Origin: Cyanophyceae cyanobacterium
Lineage (GTDB): Bacteria; Cyanobacteriota; Cyanobacteriia; Cyanobacteriales; JBHJGN01
Direction: 5' to 3'
DNA length: 64,000 nt
NCBI GenBank assembly: GCA_050331735.1
Contig: JBHJGN010000018.1
Location: 9,021 to 73,020 of the forward strand
The notes beneath the pieces were generated by a model. The model did no database searches. It saw only the letters and a list, made by a program, of their open reading frames with translations, and was not told the DNA's origin. Shown piece by piece: positions 38,411-47,919 of the stretch. The stretch's first letter is position 1; each line of letters begins with the position of its first letter. Both the position numbers and the translations under genes were made by a program.

Positions 38411-40438
38411 TTAAAACGGCAGCGACACTCCAACGCCTATGGCGGTATCGTTTTGATCTCGAACTCTTAAGTTATGCCAGGTCGAAAAGCCGACTCGATT
38501 TGTCAGGTAGAGCTCAACCAGAGCGCTGTTGGTCATGGTTTCTGGATCAGCACCGAAAAATCGGCTAGGGTTCCAGCGGACGGCCACGGTCCAGGGGATG
38601 GCGTTATCTCGGCGATCGCCGATGAAGGCATTGCCCTCATCGGCAAAGTTGATGCCGACTTCTCCAACGAAAGCGAACTGCTCGAAGACCGGAACAGAAC
38701 CGCCGACGTTGAATCCAGCAATTTCAGCGCCGTTTTGCTGGAGATAGCCAATGGTCGGAGTAAACCAAAAGGCGAGTCCACTGTTCAACTGATAATTCAA
38801 CGGCAACGATAGGGTAACGACGTAGAGCCGAGATTCGTCTGTTTCATCTCCCTGAAGGAGGAACGGCACCTCATTATCGAGATCGCGGCGGTCGAACTCA
38901 TCGCGGTCATTGTTGGCAAAGTTAACGATCGGTTGATTGACGATTCCGAGAGTAGCGGCTAGGCTAACCGTCAGCGGATCTCCTTCGGCCTGATTGAGTA
39001 ACCGCACCTTGCCGCTTAATCCTTGCTCAGATTCATCAACATCGCTGCTGATGTAGTCTAGGTAGATGCCGGCCTCGAGATCTTTGACAACCCCGTAGCG
39101 CAGCGAGGTCAGCACACCTTGGCTGCCTCCCTGGAGGGTGAGCAGGAATCTCCCGCTGGGGATCGTGCCTCCGTCAAGATAGGCTAGGCCGTCGGTGGTG
39201 ATGGGGGCGGTGTCTTCCTGGTTTTGGAGTTCAAAATCACTGCCGTAGCGACGATTAGCGCCAATAAAGTCGGGCATGAAAACGACGTTGGCTCCAATGG
39301 CCGTAAACTCTTGGTCGGCGGTGAGAGCTAGGGGGCCTTTGCTGCCGAGGGCGTTGGACGCGAAGACATCAAGGGCAACGCGAGGATTGACGCGGTAACG
39401 GAAGCCGGCATTGTAGGCGATCGCGCGTTCGACCTCGCCAGAATCGCGGTCGATGCTGTTGTTTCCAGTTATGGGAATAAACGCATCGCCCCACAGCGCT
39501 AACCGCTGATTCAACTGATAGGAAACGGCTCCCGTTACGCCAAACGTCGTCCCAAACTCCCCATCGTCACCGGGAAGACGAGCGAGGAACAGAGCATTTT
39601 CCTCGGAGAAAAAGGCAATAGATGGTGCTACCGTAAGCTGAAGGCGCTCATTAATGGTCGCTGTATACGGAATCTGAATCCCCGGCACTAGCCCGGTATC
39701 TCTGACTTCATCTACTTCGCCATTACGGGAAAACGTCACTTCTCTCGTTCCGAAGGAAAGGGCAAAGACACCGCTCAAGGCCTGGTTTTCTGAAATCTGC
39801 CAGAGTTTATATTTCGCTTCTAAGGTGCCGTCGTTGTCGGCGGTACGAATGGCATTAAAATCTCCCTGACGACCAGGAGAACCGCTGTCTACGTGCTGGA
39901 ACTCTAAAGACAGATCGAGGTTGTCGGTCACCCCCCAGGTAAAGCCAGTTCCAAAGTTAATGGCCGTTTCCTCATCTTCTCCTCCTTCAGGAAACAACCG
40001 ACTATAGCCATTGATGACCACTTCTCCCTGACGAAGGGTTTGGGCGGTTGGCTGCTGAAACTGCCCGGTTGCCAGAGGACTTTCTGGAACCTCTTCGGCG
40101 TCAGCGGGAGCCGCTTCAGGAGACGTTAGCGGGGCAGGCACGTCATCAGCTTGGGCCTCAACCGGAGGAGCCAGAGTGGGGATGGGTTCGCTGGCGGGGA
40201 CGACCACCGTTGGGGAAACCGGGGGAGGAGCAGACCACTGAAAAGTGCTCGACGGAGAGACATCAGCCGCATCGTTCCACTGGGGGGGAGTGCGGGAGGC
40301 TCCGGGAGCGTCAGACCACTGGGGCGAAGCGGGCGCACCAGCGTCGAGGGGAACAAACCGAGGATTAGCCTGGGCCTGACGACCGATCGCCGCGAAGGTC
40401 AGGATTGCCAGGGGACAAAGAATCAGAGTTTTACGCAT
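38411..40438 (-). CDS. Outer-membrane beta-barrel protein with an internal tandem duplication and a Pro-rich N-terminus
   Basis: Signal peptide (..QAQA), alternating beta-strand pattern, C-terminal GVGVSLPF, two homologous halves. Confidence 0.7.
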   Translation of the reverse strand: MRKTLILCPLAILTFAAIGRQAQANPRFVPLDAGAPASPQWSDAPGASRTPPQWNDAADVSPSSTFQWSAPPPVSPTVVVPASEPIPTLAPPVEAQADDVPAPLTSPEAAPADAEEVPESPLATGQFQQPTAQTLRQGEVVINGYSRLFPEGGEDEETAINFGTGFTWGVTDNLDLSLEFQHVDSGSPGRQGDFNAIRTADNDGTLEAKYKLWQISENQALSGVFALSFGTREVTFSRNGEVDEVRDTGLVPGIQIPYTATINERLQLTVAPSIAFFSEENALFLARLPGDDGEFGTTFGVTGAVSYQLNQRLALWGDAFIPITGNNSIDRDSGEVERAIAYNAGFRYRVNPRVALDVFASNALGSKGPLALTADQEFTAIGANVVFMPDFIGANRRYGSDFELQNQEDTAPITTDGLAYLDGGTIPSGRFLLTLQGGSQGVLTSLRYGVVKDLEAGIYLDYISSDVDESEQGLSGKVRLLNQAEGDPLTVSLAATLGIVNQPIVNFANNDRDEFDRRDLDNEVPFLLQGDETDESRLYVVTLSLPLNYQLNSGLAFWFTPTIGYLQQNGAEIAGFNVGGSVPVFEQFAFVGEVGINFADEGNAFIGDRRDNAIPWTVAVRWNPSRFFGADPETMTNSALVELYLTNRVGFSTWHNLRVRDQNDTAIGVGVSLPF

Positions 40439-40599
40439 AGAATAGCAATCCTCTCTCAATCCGCTTGATTTTACACTGTAGCAGAGTAACTTGTTTGCCT
40501 ATAGTAATCTAAAACAGGGGTAATTCTAGATACTGCTCCCTTGACAATCCCTTAGATTAGGTAAAAGCCTGGGGTGAACGGAACCAAACGGGATTTGAG

Positions 40600-41580
40600 A
40601 TGACGTTACGAGCATTTGTGACCGGAGGAACGGGTTTCATTGGTGCTAATTTGGTACGAAGGCTCTTGCGCCAGGGATATGCGGTTCGTACCCTGGTTCG
40701 TTCTACCAGTCGTCTTGATAATCTTCAGTCTTTAGAGACAGATATCGTTACCGGAGACGTTAACGACCCAGAACTGTCTCGGCAAATCCGGGGATGCCAG
40801 GTGCTCTTTCACGTTGCCGCTCAGTATTCTCTCTGGCAAGCGGATCGCAAAGCTGTTTATATTAACAACGTTCAGGGAACTCGTAACGTACTCGCGGCAG
40901 CTCGTCGGGCTGGCATCGAGCGCACTATTTATACCAGTTCCGTCGCAGCCATTGGCGTTAGCTCCGGTATAGCGGTTGATGAAACGTATCAAAGTGCCCT
41001 CGCTGATTTGGTCGGTGATTACAAAAAGTCTAAATATTTGGCAGAGCAGGAGGCCAAAGCAGCCGTGGCTTTGGGTCAAGATGTCGTGATTGTCAACCCG
41101 AGCACCCCCATCGGTCCTTGGGATCTTAAACCAACCCCGACAGGCGCTATTATTTTGCGCTTTCTGCGACGGGAGATGCCAGTGTATGTCAATACTGGGC
41201 TTAACCTGATTGACGTGCGTGACGTGGCTCAAGGCCATCTGCTGGCGCTAGAGCGGGGCCAAACGGGAGAACGCTATATTCTAGGCCACCAGAATTTAAC
41301 CCTCAAAGCACTCCTCGACCAGCTCGCGCCCATGACTGGAATGACGGCGCCTCGATACTCGGTTCCCAGATGGATTCCGCTGAGTGTGGCCTGGATAGAG
41401 GAGCAAATCTTGGCTCCCTGGGGAAAACAGCCGACTGTGCCCGTAGACGGCGTACGCATGTCGCGGCAGGTGATGTACTACGATGCGTCTAAAGCCGTCC
41501 GAGAGTTAGGTTTGCCTCAATCTCCGATTCCGGTTGCCCTTAAGGATGCTGTAGAGTGGTTTCGGCGCCACAGCCGATGA
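40600..41580 (+). CDS. hpnA: Hopanoid-associated NAD-dependent epimerase/dehydratase
   Basis: VTGGTGFIG, FHVAAQYSLW, YTSSVAA, YKKSK, NPSTPIGPWDLKPTPTG. Confidence 0.88.
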   Translation: MTLRAFVTGGTGFIGANLVRRLLRQGYAVRTLVRSTSRLDNLQSLETDIVTGDVNDPELSRQIRGCQVLFHVAAQYSLWQADRKAVYINNVQGTRNVLAAARRAGIERTIYTSSVAAIGVSSGIAVDETYQSALADLVGDYKKSKYLAEQEAKAAVALGQDVVIVNPSTPIGPWDLKPTPTGAIILRFLRREMPVYVNTGLNLIDVRDVAQGHLLALERGQTGERYILGHQNLTLKALLDQLAPMTGMTAPRYSVPRWIPLSVAWIEEQILAPWGKQPTVPVDGVRMSRQVMYYDASKAVRELGLPQSPIPVALKDAVEWFRRHSR

Positions 41581-41761
41581 TCGCCTCCGCCCTCTGAATT
41601 ATTTCTCTAGCTCAGGGAGACGTAGTATTAGTCACAATTTTCTCTATCTATTGTCTGTAGGATAACGGTATTTTCGACGTCGTTTGACGCTTGCCGCCGA
41701 CTTGATTGCTAGAGATTGATGACAACGCCCACCAGCCGTAGCTTTCGCCCATCCCTTGTTT

Positions 41762-42487
41762 ATGACCTTCGTTAAATCGCCGCTGATCGGTCTCACTACC
41801 TACTCCCAAGCACAAACGGGAAGATTTTACGTGCCTGGACTATACGTGGAAGCAGTCCACCAAGCTGGAGGAACACCGTTGTTGCTACCGCCTGTTCCTA
41901 CCGATCCTACCTGGTTGCTGACACCGCTGGATGGCTTGGTTTTGATTGGTGGAGGCGATATCGATCCTCAGTTTTATCGCGGAGCCTTTCATCCGTCTGT
42001 ATACAATGTCGATCCCCGACGGGATCAGTTTGAGCTGGAGCTCGTACAGACAGCCCTAGAACATCAAATTCCTCTGCTGGGGATCTGCCGAGGACTAGAA
42101 ATTATTGTCGTTGCTGAAGGAGGCGACCTCATTCCTCACGTTCCCGAACACTCTACCACCGTCGTTCATCGGACAGAAGCTTCACCATCGGCTCAACACG
42201 CGGTAGAGATTGTCCCGTCTAGTCAACTCGCTCAAGTGATGGGAGTAACGGCCACAACCGTTGTTTCTATTCATCATCAAGCCACGCAAACTGTTCCGCC
42301 GAGGTGGCGCGCTGTGGCTCGGGCTGAAGATGGGATCATTGAAGCCCTCGAACATGAGTCTCACCCCTTTGCCCTCGCCGTGCAGTGGCACCCAGAACTG
42401 TCCCTCGACAATCTGGCCCATTTACAGCTTTTCCAGGGATTAGTTCAGGCTGCTCAAGGTTCTTGCCCTAAAAAGCAAGCCGCCTGA
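41762..42487 (+). CDS. Peptidase C26 / gamma-glutamyl-amide hydrolase (PuuD-like class I GATase)
   Basis: DGLVLIGGGDIDP, RDQFE, catalytic GICRG, SIHHQA, QWHPE. Confidence 0.9.
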   Translation: MTFVKSPLIGLTTYSQAQTGRFYVPGLYVEAVHQAGGTPLLLPPVPTDPTWLLTPLDGLVLIGGGDIDPQFYRGAFHPSVYNVDPRRDQFELELVQTALEHQIPLLGICRGLEIIVVAEGGDLIPHVPEHSTTVVHRTEASPSAQHAVEIVPSSQLAQVMGVTATTVVSIHHQATQTVPPRWRAVARAEDGIIEALEHESHPFALAVQWHPELSLDNLAHLQLFQGLVQAAQGSCPKKQAA

Positions 42488-42747
42488 TCGAAGAGCGGCT
42501 TGCTCCAGGTCAGCGTGACACTACCAAAGAGCGTCGCAGTGCTCCGCCTATACCGCGCAGCGCTCACCTGGCTGCCGGAGGTGTAGCGGCGGGATACGCC
42601 GTGGTAATGCTTAGCGAGGGGTTAAGGGTCTCCCTAGCGACCGAAGAATCTCCTCTCTGTACCCGTCGGGTCAGAGGGGGAGCATCAAAAACCCGTTCTT
42701 TTGTCATAAGCTAAAAGGGCGATGTTTAACCAAACTCAAGGAAAACC

Positions 42748-44172
42748 GTGCAGTTAGCTGACTACGATCTAGCAGATTTCTATGATGAGTACTTTGTCGC
42801 CCCTGGAAAATCTCGACCGGAAGTGGCGGCGATCGCTCGATGGTTGCAGACGTTATCTCCTCAAGAATTAGTGCGTCATGAAGAGGCGGCTCAACAAACA
42901 TTAACAGAGCTGGGCGCAACTTTTATTGTCGATGGAACCAAAAGAACGCTCCCCTTTGATATCTTGCCGAGAGTGATCGCAGCTTCTGAATGGCAGCAGC
43001 TTCAGCTCGGCCTGAAACAGCGAGTTAAGGCTCTCAATTCTTTCTGTGCCGATATCTACGGCGAACAGCGTATCCTTCGGGACGGTAAAGTTCCCAGAGA
43101 AATCATTGAGTCCGCAACGGGTTTTCTCCCCAACTGTCGAGGAATGAAACCGCCTCGGGGAATTTGGTGTCACGTCAGCGGGATCGACCTCGTTCGCAAT
43201 CAGGAGGGACAGTGGTATGTGTTAGAAGATAACCTGCGCGTTCCTTCTGGGGTAGCCTATGCGCTTAAAAATCGTCAGGTTCTTCAGAGTACTTTGCCAC
43301 AGCTTGTCGAGCAATTTACCCTAGAACCGGTTGAGTACTATGCCCAACAACTGCTTCAGTCTCTTCTCAATTCTGCTCCTGCTGGCATTAGCGAGCCGAC
43401 AATGGCGGTGCTGTCGCCAGGACCACAAGAAACAGCTTATTTCGAGCACGCTTTTTTGGCTGAGTCGATCGGCATCGCTTTAGTAGAGCCCGAGGATTTG
43501 ACGATTGCAGATGGATATCTACATAGATTGACGGCGGATGGTCCGCAACGCATAGATATTATTTATCGGCGAGGAGATGTTGATTTACTGGATGCTCTGC
43601 ACTTGGGCGACCAATATGCTTCCGGGTCTTCGGCATTAATTGAGCTTTGTCAACAGGGACGGCTGACCCTCGCTAACGCGATGGGAACGGGAGTCGCCGA
43701 TGATAAAGTGGTCTATGCCTACGTTCCCGAAATCATTCGCTATTACCTCGGAGAAGAGCCGCGTCTGCCCAACGTACCTACCTATCTGTGCTGGCAGTCT
43801 GAAGACCGCAACTATGTGCTAGAACACCTCGATCAGTTAGTGGTCAAATCAGCTAGCGAATACGGTGGCAGCGGCATGCTTGTTGGTCCGAGCGCCAGTC
43901 AAGCGGAACGAGACTCGTTTGCCGACAAGATCCGCTCCCAGCCTCGTAACTACATAGCGCAGCCAACGCTCTCTTTATCTAGAATCCCAACGGTCGTTGA
44001 CGGTCGTTTAGAAGGACGACACGTTGATTTAAGGCCCTACGTCGTCAGTCGAGCCGAAGATATTTATGTTTATCCAGGAGGCTTGACGCGGGTTGCCCTA
44101 GAAAAAGGGTCTTTAGTCGTCAATTCTTCTCGAGGCGGCGGCACTAAAGATACTTGGGTGCTAGCTGAATAA
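42748..44172 (+). CDS. Circularly permuted ATP-grasp (type 2) ligase
   Basis: PFDILPR, LEDNLRVPSG, IYRR, GTGVADDK, HVDLRP, GGLTRVAL..GSLVVNSS.GGGTKDTWVL; AAGGA just upstream of the GTG start. Confidence 0.92.
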   Translation: MQLADYDLADFYDEYFVAPGKSRPEVAAIARWLQTLSPQELVRHEEAAQQTLTELGATFIVDGTKRTLPFDILPRVIAASEWQQLQLGLKQRVKALNSFCADIYGEQRILRDGKVPREIIESATGFLPNCRGMKPPRGIWCHVSGIDLVRNQEGQWYVLEDNLRVPSGVAYALKNRQVLQSTLPQLVEQFTLEPVEYYAQQLLQSLLNSAPAGISEPTMAVLSPGPQETAYFEHAFLAESIGIALVEPEDLTIADGYLHRLTADGPQRIDIIYRRGDVDLLDALHLGDQYASGSSALIELCQQGRLTLANAMGTGVADDKVVYAYVPEIIRYYLGEEPRLPNVPTYLCWQSEDRNYVLEHLDQLVVKSASEYGGSGMLVGPSASQAERDSFADKIRSQPRNYIAQPTLSLSRIPTVVDGRLEGRHVDLRPYVVSRAEDIYVYPGGLTRVALEKGSLVVNSSRGGGTKDTWVLAE

Positions 44173-44461
44173 TGGTATTTTTGACCGTGAAGAATAGTTT
44201 TAGGAGGCTGTTTTTTGTTGATGGCTCATGGTTGATTGTTAATCGTCCGAAAAAATAGGTCAAATCTTTCTCACCAGTTATTTTCTGCAATCTTCCTTTC
44301 CCCAAGACATCAACTTACATAGCAGCTAAACAGAAAGAAATGATAGATTCATGGCTGACAGGATTATTAGCGAGCCGTCCTGCGATGAGAGCCCTCTTCG
44401 GCATGTCTTGAGGATAATAAACCATAAACAATCAATAGCAAGCCAGTAGGCGATCGCTTTT

Positions 44462-44992
44462 TCACAGCCGATAGGTTGTCAGAGCGTTTTGAATCGCCTG
44501 CCGCTGTTCGCTGTCGTAGCCCCAACGCTGTAGAAAGGCTTGGTAGTCGCCTGATTCGGTAGCCAGACTTTCTTGCAATTGCTTTAGCTGACTGGAAACG
44601 GGGGTGAGCTTTAGCTGTTCGATGAGTGTGGCTGTTCGTCGAGTGACTCTGCGGGAGCTATGCTCCATAGATTCGTTGTGGTTCCGTCGATGCGTTACCG
44701 CCATAGCTGCTGACATCGCCACGTTTTTAACCAGCAAATCGCTAACGATAGCTGGCGAAGTCTGCAAGGCCCGGATAATGGCCTGGGGAGGAGAATCCGC
44801 CAAGGAACGCTCATCTGTAAGATACGTTACAAAGAAGCCTCTCGCCCCATTTTCACGCTTGACTAGGGCGCTGACTATTGCCTCGATTTCTGCCTCGTTC
44901 AGTTGGTTGGCGGCAATTTGAGCAAGCAACGTCTGAGTGAGGGCGATCGCTTCTGGAAACGTAACGGACTTGGGAATGCTGAGCGGGGTCAT
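44462..44992 (-). CDS. Conserved cyanobacterial hypothetical protein
   Basis: 'NGARGFFVTYLT', 'LLVKNVAMSAAMAVTH', 'FLQRWGYDSEQ' pattern. Confidence 0.75.
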   Translation of the reverse strand: MTPLSIPKSVTFPEAIALTQTLLAQIAANQLNEAEIEAIVSALVKRENGARGFFVTYLTDERSLADSPPQAIIRALQTSPAIVSDLLVKNVAMSAAMAVTHRRNHNESMEHSSRRVTRRTATLIEQLKLTPVSSQLKQLQESLATESGDYQAFLQRWGYDSEQRQAIQNALTTYRL

Positions 44993-45228
44993 GGCTGTCT
45001 TTTCTCTTTAGTCGTTGATCAAGCTTATCCCACGGCTAGAGAACCGCCAAGCGGTTGTCTCTCTGTCAATGGACAGATAAGCGGATCAGTCAGTATTGAG
45101 CCCAAAGACGGAGCTAGCGTAGTCTGAGAATTCAACAACTGGAGGATGACTGAGTAGAACGGGATTAAGTAATAATTTAATTTAGCAGATAAAAACTTAA
45201 TGCTTCTTAATCAATTAGAGCTAATTTT

Positions 45229-46251
45229 GTGAGCGACTCTCTAACCGTTAATGTTAGTTTATTCGTGCTAGCCGCTGTCGTAGTTGCTGTAGCTGGCACC
45301 AGACTCGCCGCCGTAGCGAATCGTCTCGCCGCCGTAACGGGATTAGGCGAGGCCGTTGTTGGGGCTCTCTTTCTTGGCGGCAGTACTTCTCTACCGGGAA
45401 TTGTGACTTCAATTGTGGCCGCTACTAATGGCCATCCAGATTTGGCTGTCAGTAATGCCCTCGGAGGGATTGCAGCCCAAACCGCTTTCCTCGGCATTGC
45501 CGATGTCGTTTACCGACGGGCTAATCTAGAACACGCGGCTGCTTCCCTGGCCACCATTGTCCAAGGGACGATGCTAATTGCGCTGCTGGCGATGCCCTTA
45601 ATGGCTATGGCGGCGCCTGCTGTGGCACTGCTTGATGTTCATCCCGCTTCGGTTCTGATTCCCCTGGGGTATATTTTTGGCTTACGTCTCAGTTCGGACG
45701 TGCGTGATTTCCCCATGTGGAAACCTCAATATACTAAGGAAACAGCCGTTGAAGAGGACGAAGACAACGGTAGCGGAGACAAATTAGCCAAGCTAGGGCC
45801 GATTTTCGGAGTCTTGGCGGTCGTGATTGGGGGGGCTGGGTATTTAATCGCCCAAACAGGCATCAAAATTGCTAATCAAACCGGATTTTCAGAAACCTTT
45901 GTGGGTGGATTGTTCACCGCTATCTCTACCTCGTTGCCAGAACTCGTGACTTCAGTGGCGGCTGTGAAGCAAGGAGCATTGACGCTCGCTGTTAGCGGCA
46001 TTATCGGAGGAAATACGTTCGATGTGCTGCTGATTTCTCTGTCTGATTTAGCGTATCGTCAAGGTTCAATTTACCAAGCTTTGACGCAACAGCAAATTTT
46101 TGTTGTTTCCCTGACAATTCTGATGACGGGTATTTTATTGCTCGGGCTGCTGCGTCGGGAGAAATACGGCATTGGCAAAATTGGCTTTGAAAGTTTCTTG
46201 ATTTTAGTTCTCTATCTGAGCGGATTTTCGCTGCTGTTTTGGTGGAAGTAA
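45229..46251 (+). CDS. Cation:Ca2+ (CaCA) family antiporter
   Basis: Alpha repeats GSTSLPGI / ISTSLPEL with SNALGG / GIIGGNTF. Confidence 0.85.
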   Translation: MSDSLTVNVSLFVLAAVVVAVAGTRLAAVANRLAAVTGLGEAVVGALFLGGSTSLPGIVTSIVAATNGHPDLAVSNALGGIAAQTAFLGIADVVYRRANLEHAAASLATIVQGTMLIALLAMPLMAMAAPAVALLDVHPASVLIPLGYIFGLRLSSDVRDFPMWKPQYTKETAVEEDEDNGSGDKLAKLGPIFGVLAVVIGGAGYLIAQTGIKIANQTGFSETFVGGLFTAISTSLPELVTSVAAVKQGALTLAVSGIIGGNTFDVLLISLSDLAYRQGSIYQALTQQQIFVVSLTILMTGILLLGLLRREKYGIGKIGFESFLILVLYLSGFSLLFWWK

Positions 46252-46297
46252 ATTGCTCTTGTCATCGAGTCTCGGTCGAGCTAAAGCAGTTTGCATT

Positions 46298-47098
46298 TTA
46301 CTGAAACGTCAGAAATCTTCTTAAGGCAGACACCATCTGCGGGGGCCAGCGGCGAGTTTTTTCGACCCACTCTAAATCCTGATAGCGATGATCGATACCC
46401 ATAGCGGCGACCCAGTTACTCTCTGCTTCTCCCTGATTTCCCTGGGTCCACAGCACAGCCGTCAGCGCCGCCCGCATATCGGGGAACATCGGATATTTTC
46501 TCACTAAGTTTCGCATAGTGCGGAGAGCTTCCTCTTGTTCTCCGACCTGATAAAGCGCAAGGGCGGCGTTCGCGCGAGCGATCGCAAACTGGGGCGCTAA
46601 ATCAGCCGCTTTTTGGTAATCGGCGATCGCCTCTTGCCAGCATCCCTGTCCCGCTCTGGCATTGCCTCGGTTATTGTAGGCCATGGCATCTTCTCCATCA
46701 ATTTGCAGCACCCGATTGTAGTCAGCGATCGCCTCTTCGTAACGTCCCTGCCCTTCATAGGCAATGCCTCGATTGAGATAGGGATCGGGAGCATCCGGGG
46801 CTAGCTCAATGGCTTGCTCAAAGTCAGCGATCGCCTCTGCTAGTTTATTTTGGCTAATGCGAGCGTTGCCTCGGTTACTCCAAACAGCAGGGTTACTGGG
46901 GAACTGTTCAATCAGCTGCGTCCAGTACTGCTCCGCTGTTGTAAAATCCCCTTTCTCTGTTGCTTCAAAAGCACGCTGGGCTAGCTTATCTCCCCGCTGT
47001 AGCTGTTCTTCGGTGATGGTATTGGGCTGTGCGTATGCAGTGGGCATCGATACGAAGATCAACAACACGCACAATAAACGGATTATCCAGCGAATCAT
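46298..47098 (-). CDS. Exported tetratricopeptide-repeat protein
   Basis: Repeated 'NRGNAR...EAIAD' TPR units; signal peptide. Confidence 0.9.
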   Translation of the reverse strand: MIRWIIRLLCVLLIFVSMPTAYAQPNTITEEQLQRGDKLAQRAFEATEKGDFTTAEQYWTQLIEQFPSNPAVWSNRGNARISQNKLAEAIADFEQAIELAPDAPDPYLNRGIAYEGQGRYEEAIADYNRVLQIDGEDAMAYNNRGNARAGQGCWQEAIADYQKAADLAPQFAIARANAALALYQVGEQEEALRTMRNLVRKYPMFPDMRAALTAVLWTQGNQGEAESNWVAAMGIDHRYQDLEWVEKTRRWPPQMVSALRRFLTFQ

Positions 47099-47175
47099 GA
47101 GGGTTATCTTTAGTATTTATTCCCTATCTATTGTGGTTCAAAATCTCGGAAGCAATGCAAATTCCCCCTTTTCCC

Positions 47176-47703
47176 TCAATGCTTCTGTTGCAGATATTGC
47201 TGATAACCGAGCTGCTCTAGCTGTGCTTGCTTCGTCACCACCGACTGCCCTAGGTCTTGACGATACTGCTGGACCTTCTTAAGCAGTTTCGGTTGATGAG
47301 CGGCCAGCATTTGCACCGCCAGTAACCCTGCATTGTTGGCGTTGCCAATGGCAACGGTGGCCACGGGAATTCCTCTTGGCATTTGCACAATGGAATAAAG
47401 AGAATCGACTCCGCTGAGATGCCGAGTCGCTACGGGAACGCCAATGACGGGAAGTGGGGTGAGCGAGGCTACCATTCCGGGCAAATGGGCCGCTCCTCCG
47501 GCTCCGGCAATAATGACCTTCAGTCCTCGCTGATGCGCTGTCTGGGCGTACTGAACCATTCGCTCTGGAGTGCGGTGAGCAGAAACAATGGCCACTTCAT
47601 GGGCCACCGCAAAGTCTTCACAAACGGCGATCGCTGCCTGCATCGTGGGCAGGTCGGAGTCGCTCCCCATAATAATGCCAACTAAAACATTTGTTTGGGT
47701 CAT
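47176..47703 (-). CDS. purE: N5-carboxyaminoimidazole ribonucleotide mutase
   Basis: [39 protein letters not shown]. Confidence 0.97.
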   Translation of the reverse strand: MTQTNVLVGIIMGSDSDLPTMQAAIAVCEDFAVAHEVAIVSAHRTPERMVQYAQTAHQRGLKVIIAGAGGAAHLPGMVASLTPLPVIGVPVATRHLSGVDSLYSIVQMPRGIPVATVAIGNANNAGLLAVQMLAAHQPKLLKKVQQYRQDLGQSVVTKQAQLEQLGYQQYLQQKH

Positions 47704-47919
47704 TAATTATCGTCAGAAAATCGATTTTTGCTTGTTGAATTTTAACAATGATGGTATTCTATTTAAGACAGGATTCTTCAAAATCGAAATATAAAAACCT
47801 TCAAAAAAAGTTAAATTATTGGCATTATAAAATAATTTTATCATAAACTTGAAAGCAAGCCAAGCTTTCAACATTAGCCTTTTTTGTGTCTTTGCCTACT
47901 CCCAAAAAGCTAACGATTA

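Noticed and set aside
40520..40533. GTA-N8-TAC (NtcA-like box) upstream of hpnA
   Set aside because: The nearest TAN3T is 19 bp away rather than about 22, and such 6-bp matches occur often by chance
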